Shown one piece after another: positions 39,530 to 48,294 of a stretch of DNA of 64,000 bases (positions are counted from its first letter, which is position 1; every line of letters starts with the position of its first letter). Position numbers and translations under genes: made by a program. Under the pieces are notes generated by a model. That model searched no databases. It was given only the letters and a program-made list of their open reading frames with translations, and was not told where the DNA came from. The stretch lies in the IMG/VR virus record IMGVR_UViG_3300031413_000003, positions 53,816-117,815 of that record. One strand, 5' to 3'. Source of the stretch: a virus.

Positions 39530-39830
39530 TGAAATGATCTCTCTGTAGCAAAAAAGCATAAAATTAAAAAGGCAAAAAAAGACGCATACATATGACAAAC
39601 CCAGGGTTGTTACCCCCAGGTTCGTGATGTGTGGTTTGTGTTTAGGTTTTTATTGTTGTGAACAGGTTGATTTGTAACCCACTGGTTTTTATTTTCGGTG
39701 ATAAACCATTGAGACTGCTACACTCAATGTTTTGTTAACTTTGTTTACCACTCCTATATAATACAAACTTTCAGTGAAAAAAAAATAAGTTAAAGTAACC
39801 ACCTGACCGAAGTCAGGCAGTTGGGTGGTA

Positions 39831-40130
39831 TTAAAAGTGATCACGTGCAATCAGCAGCAGTTCTTCTTTGTCGACAATGAATGGCTGTTTACCATCCACG
39901 CTCAACTTAAAGCTGTGACGATTGATTGACTCATCGTAGGTTGCGAGAAAGTTGGTTTCTCCCACAGTGCCTTCGATAAACCCAGAGCCTTTGACATAAG
40001 TTGTCTTGATCTCGGCTTCTTTGTCGAAAACAATCCCGGTTTCTGTAAAATGTCCACTGCGACCTGGTTCTTTAAAATCACCAGACGCCAACAAGAAGTC
40101 AATAGCTGACACCAAAATGTTAGTGACCAT
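39831..40130 (-). CDS. Hypothetical protein
   Basis: 99 aa, GAGG RBS. Confidence 0.7.
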   Translation of the reverse strand: MVTNILVSAIDFLLASGDFKEPGRSGHFTETGIVFDKEAEIKTTYVKGSGFIEGTVGETNFLATYDESINRHSFKLSVDGKQPFIVDKEELLLIARDHF

Positions 40131-40148
40131 AGGGTTTCCTCTTTTTTA

Positions 40149-40640
40149 CTAACGATAGGTACGATAACTCCCGTCAAGAATCTCCTCATGGCTAACCAGA
40201 CGCATGCCTGTCGCCTCAAGAGAGACATTGATATAGCGCTTGTCGGGAATAATGATCTCGTGCAGATGCCCGTGGATATTTAAACGTCCACGCAAGTGAT
40301 CAGCATGCACGGGAATGTGAGTGATCCAATATGGATGGTTCTTCCAGCGATACCCGCCTTGAATATCATCCACAACCCCCAGCAAGTCATTCCAACGAAT
40401 TCCTTTTTCAAAATCATGGTTACCCACAATCAGGCGTTTCCTACAGGGAAGCTTCTTGAACTCCTCGAGCATATGTTTTCCGACGATGCAGTCACCGACC
40501 ATTTCCAATTCATCATTGGGTTTCAGTCCACTTAACAAATCCATAATGAATTCATCGTGGTAGCCTAAAGTCGGGAACTGGGTGCGGTACTTAATAATGC
40601 TCTTATCGCCAGCGTGTAAGTCTGCTACAAAGTACTTCAT
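40149..40640 (-). CDS. Calcineurin-like metallophosphoesterase
   Basis: ADLH, VGD, GNHD, THIP, NIHGHLH, INVS motifs. Confidence 0.9.
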   Translation of the reverse strand: MKYFVADLHAGDKSIIKYRTQFPTLGYHDEFIMDLLSGLKPNDELEMVGDCIVGKHMLEEFKKLPCRKRLIVGNHDFEKGIRWNDLLGVVDDIQGGYRWKNHPYWITHIPVHADHLRGRLNIHGHLHEIIIPDKRYINVSLEATGMRLVSHEEILDGSYRTYR

Positions 40641-40694
40641 TACTACCCCAAGAAAAGTGTTGTAAGATACATATAACACGCTTGGAGTTTAAAT

Positions 40695-41072
40695 TCATTT
40701 CGGCTGAACAGGCTTTATGTCGTAATCTTTCAGGGGAGGAGCAGGAATGTCCAAGTTCTCCACAATCAAGATTTCGCAGTTGTCGCGATCTACTCGTCGC
40801 TTGTCTGTTATAACGTCGAAATGGTCGAAGCCTTGGAGTCGGGTATAACGGACCTGCTGGTCGCTACCTTTGTCGCAAAGGGCTTCTAGGTGATAGCCTG
40901 GTTTTGCTACGTATTTAAAACTAAAGAAAGGTAGAGGTACAGCTTTGATATTGACCGATTGATACTTCCAGTTATACCAGGTGACGTAGCAGTCAACGGT
41001 TAACGAAGAAGCACCGTATAAGGCCAATACCCCCACAAGACCCACGGAAAGAGAACGGATTAGTCCCTTCAT
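40695..41072 (-). CDS. Membrane-anchored hypothetical protein
   Basis: N-terminal hydrophobic segment, GAGG RBS. Confidence 0.7.
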   Translation of the reverse strand: MKGLIRSLSVGLVGVLALYGASSLTVDCYVTWYNWKYQSVNIKAVPLPFFSFKYVAKPGYHLEALCDKGSDQQVRYTRLQGFDHFDVITDKRRVDRDNCEILIVENLDIPAPPLKDYDIKPVQPK

Positions 41073-41138
41073 TGCTTATAACCTCAAAAAATTAAAGAAT
41101 CGAGAGAGTTGTCCCGAAGGACAACAGCTCTCATAAGA

Positions 41139-41402
41139 TTAATGCATTTTCGCCCGAATATCGTTTAACACTGAACGCGCATCTTCAACTAAGCTGTTCA
41201 GCTCGTTGATGCGTTCAGGTAACGTGGCGTCTTTTAATTGCTGTTGGAAGTGATGCAGGTAACGCGAGTACGTTTCGAACTTAGCCTGTAGCCATTCCTG
41301 GTCAATGTCCCGCTGTTCTTTCTTTTGCGTGAATTGACGATGTACCTGAGCATTGCTTTCAGGTAAGTTATTGTGAGCAAAATAAACGCCACCGATATTC
41401 AT
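41139..41402 (-). CDS. Hypothetical protein
   Basis: 87 aa; UUCG terminator at ~41102-41132. Confidence 0.7.
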   Translation of the reverse strand: MNIGGVYFAHNNLPESNAQVHRQFTQKKEQRDIDQEWLQAKFETYSRYLHHFQQQLKDATLPERINELNSLVEDARSVLNDIRAKMH

Positions 41403-41410
41403 AAACTACC

Positions 41411-42208
41411 TCATGATGTTAAACAATAAGTGAAGAGATCGTTACAGTTAAAAAGCTTTTCGATAGCTTCCTGTTTCTCAATGCCTTCGTCGTGACTTAA
41501 CCAACCCGGAGTAGAACCGCCGTGTTCTTCCATTTCTAAAACTTGATCCAGTGCGTGGAAACTGCTATACCACTCACCTTCGTAATTCTCAAAAACAGGA
41601 TCACTGACGGCGTATAACTTATCCCACCCTGTACGATCCGTAAGGGAAAAAGGAATATCATGTTTGACTTTCAGATATCCACCAAGGATGCCGACATAAG
41701 TCAGCGCCGAGACATAATCAATTTCAGGTCCGTCTTGAACGTCACCAAACACCGTTTTAACCACAGCAGGCACTGCTGCAGGGTCAAAGGAAAGAGTCGG
41801 TAAAGATTCGCGCGCAAAACTTACTTGTTTGTCTTTATCGTACTGCTCCCATTTAACACTAAAGAAAAACTCTGGAACAGATAAAAGCTCTTCCCCTTTT
41901 TCAGTGTAAGAAAGATCTTTGTTAATCAATCCTTCTTTCCAGCAGGCGTATTTAAACAGCTCCAATCCACCCGGAAGACGATGGTAGTCTTTACCAAATG
42001 CGAGATCGGCGAATTGCGCAAAGAAGAAACTTGTAGCTTCATCAGGACGACCACATCCGCATCCCCAGGCATTCTCGCAAAGAACACTATTAAGAAAGTC
42101 GAGGACACCTTCTAATTCACACCCATCATAATGAAGGACGCCCTCATGGTTCCTGAGTTTGTTTTTATCAAACGGCTTGCAATGTAGCTGCAATAAAGAT
42201 TGGGTCAT
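41411..42208 (-). CDS. Hypothetical early protein with CGCG motif
   Basis: 265 aa, GCGCGRP and EHGGSTPGWL motifs; follows early promoter. Confidence 0.75.
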   Translation of the reverse strand: MTQSLLQLHCKPFDKNKLRNHEGVLHYDGCELEGVLDFLNSVLCENAWGCGCGRPDEATSFFFAQFADLAFGKDYHRLPGGLELFKYACWKEGLINKDLSYTEKGEELLSVPEFFFSVKWEQYDKDKQVSFARESLPTLSFDPAAVPAVVKTVFGDVQDGPEIDYVSALTYVGILGGYLKVKHDIPFSLTDRTGWDKLYAVSDPVFENYEGEWYSSFHALDQVLEMEEHGGSTPGWLSHDEGIEKQEAIEKLFNCNDLFTYCLTS

Positions 42209-42237
42209 AACGATTCCTCAAAGTTAATTGACTATAT

Positions 42238-42266
42238 ATCTACCCAAGTAATATAGGTCCAAAAAA
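42238..42266 (-). promoter_or_regulatory. Early (virion RNAP) promoter
   Basis: Minus strand TTTTTTGGACCTATATTACTTGGGTAGAT; contains exact TATATTAC. Confidence 0.75.
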
Positions 42267-42275
42267 GAATGTATA

Positions 42276-42305
42276 CTAACTCCTACCCATCTGGGTAGGA
42301 GTTAG
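42276..42305 (-). terminator. Terminator with the same stem as the GCAA family but a different loop
   Basis: CTAACTCCTACCCA-TC-TGGGTAGGAGTTAG. Confidence 0.8.
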
Positions 42306-42314
42306 GGCTATCGC

Positions 42315-43022
42315 TTAGAGTGTAATCATTTCTGCACGAGGATTTTCGGGCGTCACATCGAAGCACACCAGATCGGTAATGTGCTGGTAAGTGATCTCAC
42401 CTTCAGTAGTAGACTGTTGGTGCGGCAACGTCAGACTACGAATACCAAAGTACGGTGTTCCGCCGTTATTGATAAACTTTTTAAGCGCTTGAGAAGGCTT
42501 AACAACGCCTTTGACGGTGACGACGTGCACCTTACCGTCTTCACTGGCAGGTGAATCAACCAGCTCATAATGCAACAGCGTACCGGCTTCGTTTTCTTCT
42601 ACCACCGTCATAATTCGTTTTAACGAATCTTTAGCATTGTCGCATGCGGCCAGTGAAGGAAAAAACATTTCACCTACAGTTTTGCCAACCAGCTGACTCA
42701 TGCGCTTTTCAATCAAACTGCGATCCAGGATAAAGATCTGATTGAGACGGTTAATCTGCCCAAAGACGCCCAACGTTGTTTCGATGTAATCGGTGCCTTC
42801 GGTGGCGATCTTGTGCTGGTGGGTAAACTTTTGTGCGAATTCGCTGAGGGGTCGACTATACCAGTTATCAGGATCACTTTCATCCCCGCCTTCACGACAG
42901 TAGATAACAGTGGGAACAAATCCATCTTTGTCACTGTTTTTGTTAGAGATCCCTAGAACGATGTACGGTTCGCCTTTGTGGTGAACAACGCGCTCACCTC
43001 GTTTAAAGCTTACTTCTGACAT
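42315..43022 (-). CDS. DUF1653-like SH3 domain fused to a degenerate prohead-protease-like domain
   Basis: VVHHKGEPYIVLG...VIY...WYSRPLSEF; C-half VGEMFFP...RIMTVVEEN...GVVKP...FGIRSLT. Confidence 0.55.
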   Translation of the reverse strand: MSEVSFKRGERVVHHKGEPYIVLGISNKNSDKDGFVPTVIYCREGGDESDPDNWYSRPLSEFAQKFTHQHKIATEGTDYIETTLGVFGQINRLNQIFILDRSLIEKRMSQLVGKTVGEMFFPSLAACDNAKDSLKRIMTVVEENEAGTLLHYELVDSPASEDGKVHVVTVKGVVKPSQALKKFINNGGTPYFGIRSLTLPHQQSTTEGEITYQHITDLVCFDVTPENPRAEMITL

Positions 43023-43048
43023 TGTACTTCTCCCGATAGTGAAAGTAA

Positions 43049-43705
43049 TTAAACGGCCGCAGCGGTGTTGTCTTCTAACCAACCTTTCAGGTAGGCAATA
43101 GATGCATCAGACAGACCGGTGGAGTTTTCAATCCAGTCGGTTACTTCCTTGACAGTGAAGTCTTGTTCTTTAACATAGGCCGTTCCCATCATCAGACCAC
43201 GACGATCTTTAATGTCACCCCACGACGCGGCAACGCATTCAGTAAGCGACCAACCCTGACCATTGGCGATACGCGTCAGTGTTTTGAAGATAGAGTAGAG
43301 TTCTTCTTTCTTCTCCAACAGCTCTTCTGCGCTGCACGGTACTGAGTTAGTAGCGAAGACAGCATGGTCGAACAATGTCAGTTCAGTTTTCAGTTCACGC
43401 GCACGCAGTCGCGAGTGAATCGCTTCGGTAGAAGGATGATTGATGGCACCGACATTTAACAGGCGGAAATCGATCACGTCTTCGATTTTCAGACCGTGGC
43501 AGGCGTAGGCGTTGGTCAGGCAAACGATAACGTCACCCACATCATCTTTCAGTCTGGCAAGACGAGCACCTGCTGCATTGCTGCAGAGTTCACCTGCTTC
43601 ACCCTGTGCTTTCAAGAACTGGCCTTCGAAGTCAGATTGGGAAATGATGTTGCGGTCAGTTGCCCAGCCACGGATAAGGTCAAACAGTTCGTTCATGGTA
43701 AACAT
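43049..43705 (-). CDS. MazG-like nucleotide pyrophosphohydrolase
   Basis: WATDRNI...QFLK..EAGEL...KDDVGDVIVCL...SLTECV..SW.DIKDRRG. Confidence 0.75.
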   Translation of the reverse strand: MFTMNELFDLIRGWATDRNIISQSDFEGQFLKAQGEAGELCSNAAGARLARLKDDVGDVIVCLTNAYACHGLKIEDVIDFRLLNVGAINHPSTEAIHSRLRARELKTELTLFDHAVFATNSVPCSAEELLEKKEELYSIFKTLTRIANGQGWSLTECVAASWGDIKDRRGLMMGTAYVKEQDFTVKEVTDWIENSTGLSDASIAYLKGWLEDNTAAAV

Positions 43706-43732
43706 TTTTATTCTCTTATAAAGGATGGTACG

Positions 43733-44293
43733 TTAAAGGGGGAAGTCGTTTTTCTTGATCTTGACCATATCGCCGGTAGTTGGGTTATGCCAAACAATAC
43801 CTTCGATACTTCTTTCTTTCAGATACGCCCGCACACTGTGGTAGTCAGTTGGGCAATCATCTAAAACATCCACACCATGTTTGATCAGAACATGATGCTC
43901 CAGGTTCTCTGGGTTAGCACCATGACGCGTACCAATCTTTGGACCACACAGTTCATAGGTACCGTCTTCAGGCATGCCATCAGGGAAACGCGTTAAAGCT
44001 TCCTTGACATATTTATCCTGACCCTTACCAGGCTTAACCCAACCCGGCCAGTGCAACGAAACGGGATCGGGCTGGGGTTGGGCAGGGATAAAGTCTTCAG
44101 GCGGTGTACGACCTTTCTTGGCGTCATAGCGCAGATAGATCTGACCATCTTTGATCAGTACTGCCTGACCATCCCATTTACGGGTAGCGACACCTTCGCC
44201 TTCTTGCACCCACTCTGCACCTTTGGTAACTTCGTTATAGACCTTACGATCATTCTCGAAACTACGCATAAACAAAGACTTGATCTTTTTCAT
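43733..44293 (-). CDS. DUF5565/RLIG1-like RNA ligase (nucleotidyltransferase)
   Basis: ATRKWDG motif I, HWPGWV, GTYELCGPKI, NPE, HG, EGIVWH, MVKIK motif V. Confidence 0.75.
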   Translation of the reverse strand: MKKIKSLFMRSFENDRKVYNEVTKGAEWVQEGEGVATRKWDGQAVLIKDGQIYLRYDAKKGRTPPEDFIPAQPQPDPVSLHWPGWVKPGKGQDKYVKEALTRFPDGMPEDGTYELCGPKIGTRHGANPENLEHHVLIKHGVDVLDDCPTDYHSVRAYLKERSIEGIVWHNPTTGDMVKIKKNDFPL

Positions 44294-44305
44294 TTTGTTA
44301 GCTCT

Positions 44306-44662
44306 TTAGTCCCAGTAGATCCAGGTTAAAACATGGGTGTTAAAATCAGTGCTGTCGATGCACGACATTAAACGATCCTCCCATATTTTCTTTTCTTCAG
44401 GACACTTCCAGTTTTCATCACCATTCATGGTAGTGATAACACGCAAAATGTCATGGACAGAAAGAGCGTGAAAAACACCTTCGCTTAACTCACCCAGAGC
44501 CTTAAAGAAATAGACGATAAGGTTGGTGCCGTTACGAAAGTTCTTGATGTCTTTGTAATCCACCTTATCAGTGGCTGCATCGAAATCAATGGTTTTTCCA
44601 TCCATAGTAAGCTCTTCAAACTTTTCAGTTGTCCAGCGACTAATATCAAACTGTAAACTCAT
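44306..44662 (-). CDS. Hypothetical protein
   Basis: 118 aa. Confidence 0.7.
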   Translation of the reverse strand: MSLQFDISRWTTEKFEELTMDGKTIDFDAATDKVDYKDIKNFRNGTNLIVYFFKALGELSEGVFHALSVHDILRVITTMNGDENWKCPEEKKIWEDRLMSCIDSTDFNTHVLTWIYWD

Positions 44663-44674
44663 GATACACCTTTG

Positions 44675-45127
44675 TTACGCTTTGGCAGATGCTTCGTTGT
44701 CGTAGAAACGACCCCAGCCAATAAGACAGTAAATGCCGTTTCGAAGTTCAATACCTTCCAAGCGATCAGTCTCTTTGTAGTGAAGGTAAATGGCTTCATT
44801 AAAAGTATAAGCCGATTTCTTTTCTATCATTTGAGCGGGATAGCTTTCACCGGTCGCCTGATACCACGGAATCCAGATTTCGAATTCTTTCTTGGCCAAC
44901 TTGAAATCCATCAGGAACTCAAGGACAGGGCAAGAGCGAATGTCGGTTTTATCACCGAGACGGTAAATCACGGTGACTTTGTTTGGATCTTCTTCAGCCA
45001 GTTCTTTATTTGAAACCCCCAGGATAACGCCAGACACGTCATCTTTGCCGACGAACGCATTGCCTAAGCGAAAGAAATCTTCCAGGGTGGTTTTGTAACC
45101 GTCTTCGGTAGTTAAGTTATCGAACAT
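44675..45127 (-). CDS. Hypothetical protein with DUF1653-like segment
   Basis: ILGVSNK...VTVIY...SCPVLEFLMDF aligns to VLGISNK...PTVIY...SRPLSEFAQKF in 42315. Confidence 0.6.
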   Translation of the reverse strand: MFDNLTTEDGYKTTLEDFFRLGNAFVGKDDVSGVILGVSNKELAEEDPNKVTVIYRLGDKTDIRSCPVLEFLMDFKLAKKEFEIWIPWYQATGESYPAQMIEKKSAYTFNEAIYLHYKETDRLEGIELRNGIYCLIGWGRFYDNEASAKA

Positions 45128-45156
45128 GTCAACACCTATTAATCGGTATGAATACC

Positions 45157-46023
45157 TTATACGCTGAATGGATAAACGATTGGATCGTGATGACGATAGC
45201 CAAGCAGTTCCACGTGATCCGTGGTCATGATGTTCACGACGTCATCCCAGGTTTTGATTTCGTGACTAATTACTAATGAAGGAGGGAGTTTTGGTTCGCG
45301 ATCCAGCTGACCTTTCTCCATCAACACCGGATACTGGTTGTCGTAAATGTGGGCGTTCACGATCTTGAGGTTGGCTTTACACGCACGCTTGCCGGTGATA
45401 TGTGCCATGAGTTGCAGGAAGAACGCAACCTGCACAATGTTCGCCGCACCACCCAGTAAGATATCCTGACTACGCTGGAATGAATTTAAATACAGATCAT
45501 TGCCCAACAGTGAAAATTGATGTGTGTGCATACACGGACGAAGACACCCTAACTCAAACTCACCCGGGTTCCAGAAGGTTACGATTTCACCGCGGTTATC
45601 TTTACCCGCTTTGAGATCTTCATACACCTGACGGAACAGGTTGATAGAAGTGCCATCGTGTTTCGGCCAATCAGCTGCAACAGCACCGTACACTTTGCCC
45701 ATGTGGTCAGGACCGATACGATTCGCGTTCTTTAACCACGCTTCGTTTTCATTGGCATTAGCGTCCCAGGTCTTGGCACCCAACGCACGGAAAGCACCGG
45801 CATTGGTAAAGGCCTTGTAATACCCCAGGGATTCAGCGATAGCCATCTTCCAGTTGAACTTACGGGTAGTTGGTACAGGGAAGTCACCGCGACGCAGATC
45901 GATGTCGATGTCGGCATTGATTACGGTCAGACATTCTGTTCCAGTGCGTGGGTTATCTACCCAGACACCTTCATCAACGGTACGCTGGATTAAATCAAGA
46001 TATTGACGTTCGGTAGTTTTCAT
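45157..46023 (-). CDS. thyA: Thymidylate synthase
   Basis: RTGT, PTTRK, WDANANEN, VYG, LRPCMH, QRSQDILLG...N, NAHIY motifs. Confidence 0.95.
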   Translation of the reverse strand: MKTTERQYLDLIQRTVDEGVWVDNPRTGTECLTVINADIDIDLRRGDFPVPTTRKFNWKMAIAESLGYYKAFTNAGAFRALGAKTWDANANENEAWLKNANRIGPDHMGKVYGAVAADWPKHDGTSINLFRQVYEDLKAGKDNRGEIVTFWNPGEFELGCLRPCMHTHQFSLLGNDLYLNSFQRSQDILLGGAANIVQVAFFLQLMAHITGKRACKANLKIVNAHIYDNQYPVLMEKGQLDREPKLPPSLVISHEIKTWDDVVNIMTTDHVELLGYRHHDPIVYPFSV

Positions 46024-46475
46024 TATTTGTCCGCTAATTTAGCCCATTCATTGATCATGGCTTTAACACCTTCGCCACGACCGTTAAATACTTCATCATC
46101 ACTCACAGTGATCTCATGAGTCACCGGTGCTAACGCATCGAAATACGGCGTCATTTCTTGCCGCTTATCGGGGTTTCTTTCCACCCAATCAAAGATGCCC
46201 TTGAGTTCTTTGTTCAACCCCATGTTAATGCCTTTGTTTTCGGCATCGATCTGGATATCAAAACCCGCTTTACAAAAAGCGAACATCGTAAAGAGATCGG
46301 GATAATGACGAAACAGAATTTCCAGACTGCGGAAAAGAGCAGGGCGGAGTTCATTTTGAACCGCGTCGACCATCTGTTCTTCATTAAGGTATGTTTCCCC
46401 AAGCAACTTTTCAGAAGCGAACTTAAAGCGTTGCGCGATCGCCTGCTTTACGTTTTCTACATCTTTATTCGTCAT
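46023..46475 (-). CDS. Hypothetical protein
   Basis: Start reassigned to MTNKD after GAGG. Confidence 0.7.
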   Translation of the reverse strand: MTNKDVENVKQAIAQRFKFASEKLLGETYLNEEQMVDAVQNELRPALFRSLEILFRHYPDLFTMFAFCKAGFDIQIDAENKGINMGLNKELKGIFDWVERNPDKRQEMTPYFDALAPVTHEITVSDDEVFNGRGEGVKAMINEWAKLADK

Positions 46476-47091
46476 CGTAGTCAAACCTCGTTTGATAATC
46501 GACATAGGAAGGTGAAGTGGGAATAGCTATCTCGGTGACAACATCACACCAAGCCGGATCAACTACCTTCTCTTTGTGAATAGCTTTTGCCTCTTCTTCA
46601 GAAAACGCATACACCATTTCAACCTTTTCACCCACCGCCACCGGAATGAATAGGAAGAGCTTCAACTGCTGAACCGTAGTGGGGATCTGTATGGTCGCTA
46701 TATCGCTTGGAGCAGGCTTAATCTCCATTCGCGATAGCACCGCTTGTGCGTGTGCGCGCACCGCCGGTGTATTTTCCACGTGTTGGGATGTGAAATTAAT
46801 AGTTTCAGAAGAATCCCATTTCCTGTTATGCGCAATGGTGACGTTAACCACCTCGTCATTCACGATGGTGACAACTAACAACTTCTTACTACCTGCCGCA
46901 CAATACTTAACATCCTTGGGGTCGATCAGAGGAAGCTTACCCAAGCCGCGTCGACTTTCATTGATGCAGTTGTCGTAACCATCAATAAACATGACTCCGT
47001 CAGCTTTTTGGCTAGGATGATTACCTGACAAAATCAGCTCTACATCTTTACGCATTTCTGCTTTTAACTCATCTAATGTTTTCTCTGACAT
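46465..47091 (-). CDS. Hypothetical protein
   Basis: 208 aa, AGGA RBS. Confidence 0.7.
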   Translation of the reverse strand: MSEKTLDELKAEMRKDVELILSGNHPSQKADGVMFIDGYDNCINESRRGLGKLPLIDPKDVKYCAAGSKKLLVVTIVNDEVVNVTIAHNRKWDSSETINFTSQHVENTPAVRAHAQAVLSRMEIKPAPSDIATIQIPTTVQQLKLFLFIPVAVGEKVEMVYAFSEEEAKAIHKEKVVDPAWCDVVTEIAIPTSPSYVDYQTRFDYDDE

Positions 47092-47318
47092 GGTGACTTC
47101 CTGAAGGTTTTAATAAAGATGCTTTCTTCCAGACACCACTGTTCGCCGGCTTTGGCGTCTTTGGTGTCCACGAGGTTAGTATACATCACAAAACGAGAAG
47201 TGCAGTTCAAGCCATAGCGCATGAAGTCAATTAGCATGAACGGTAACCCAGAAGAACTCAGATAGACCTCACCGATCTCTGGTTCGTAGATCTGTGTTTC
47301 AACAGTTGCGCGCGGCAT
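47073..47318 (-). CDS. DUF1653-like small SH3-fold protein
   Basis: PEIGEVYLSSSGLPF...FVMY...GEQWCLEESIFIKTF. Confidence 0.55.
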   Translation of the reverse strand: MPRATVETQIYEPEIGEVYLSSSGLPFMLIDFMRYGLNCTSRFVMYTNLVDTKDAKAGEQWCLEESIFIKTFRKSPCQRKH

Positions 47319-47721
47319 ACTTCGGACCCTCGTGTTTACGAAACGCCATAACAGTAGCACGAAAGACTTTCAGCTTGAGTTTAATCTCAACCGGCAGATC
47401 ATTGAAATCCATGATGTGTGGATGAGTTTTTGCTTCACGGTCCTTCTCGCCCAGCACCCAACCCTGATGCACTCTTGCCTTTACCCAACGGTTATGCATG
47501 GTCCGGCAACTTGGTGCTGTTTTGAGGATCTGTTCTACCTGATTAACGATTGACGCTTTATACCAATCACTGCATAGATCCCACTGGCCCAGCTTAGGCA
47601 GGTTAAACGCTTCACACACCGCCTGCATAGCGCCATGACCGGCCTTGGCCGCTAACTCTACTTCTTCTTCGGTGAACGTGGTATAGATAGGACTGGTTGG
47701 TCGACTTTCATTATCTGTCAT
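47299..47721 (-). CDS. RyR-domain protein
   Basis: MHNRWVKARVHQGWVLGEKDREAKTHPHIMDFNDLP. Confidence 0.8.
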   Translation of the reverse strand: MTDNESRPTSPIYTTFTEEEVELAAKAGHGAMQAVCEAFNLPKLGQWDLCSDWYKASIVNQVEQILKTAPSCRTMHNRWVKARVHQGWVLGEKDREAKTHPHIMDFNDLPVEIKLKLKVFRATVMAFRKHEGPKYAARNC

Positions 47722-47739
47722 AAATAAACCCTAAATAAA

Positions 47740-48294
47740 TTAACCGCCAAAAGAGTGAGAGCTGCTGCTAAAGCTGCGCGCTACAGAACCACCAAAGCCG
47801 CCACGGGTTGTTGTCTTTGTGGTTGCCGGGGTAACACGTGAAGACGTTGAGCGTGCGATATACGGCGTTCCATTGGACTTGGTAAAACCCTTGTTCATAG
47901 GAGCACGGTAGAGAGCGTTAGCATGACCAGTTTCATTGCTGTAAGAAAAATACCGAGGCTGACTATAATAGAAGAAATGACCACCCGAACTATAACTCTG
48001 ACAATTGTTCTGAGGGTCGTCTCGGAGACAGTCTTCGCGGCTCTTAAAACGGCGGCCGTTGTTCTGGGCATCTCGGTAACTCTCTTGTTGTAAACGATTA
48101 CATTGCTCCTTGCTAAAGCTCCCTCTTTGATAACAGTCATTCACGGTGTTATAGGGTGTTTCGCTGTAGCCTTTTCCGTCACAGCCTGACAGCAACAACA
48201 TCACGGACACCATTCCCGTTGCTATCAGTGGTTTATAATGGAACTTACGGACCTTACGGAAGCGGTCGTAGTTCATGACTTTTGTTCTTTTCAT
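47740..48294 (-). CDS. DUF1190 (YgiB/YjfM-like) lipoprotein
   Basis: Lipobox LLSGC, four spaced Cys, C-terminal TTTRGGFG...SSSSHSFGG. Confidence 0.8.
   Translation of the reverse strand: MKRTKVMNYDRFRKVRKFHYKPLIATGMVSVMLLLSGCDGKGYSETPYNTVNDCYQRGSFSKEQCNRLQQESYRDAQNNGRRFKSREDCLRDDPQNNCQSYSSGGHFFYYSQPRYFSYSNETGHANALYRAPMNKGFTKSNGTPYIARSTSSRVTPATTKTTTRGGFGGSVARSFSSSSHSFGG

Noticed and set aside
45157-46023. ThyA considered as a dCMP/dUMP hydroxymethylase for modified DNA
   Set aside because: Retains the dUMP-specifying Asn after QRS.D...G and canonical ThyA motifs; no base-modification genes recognised nearby
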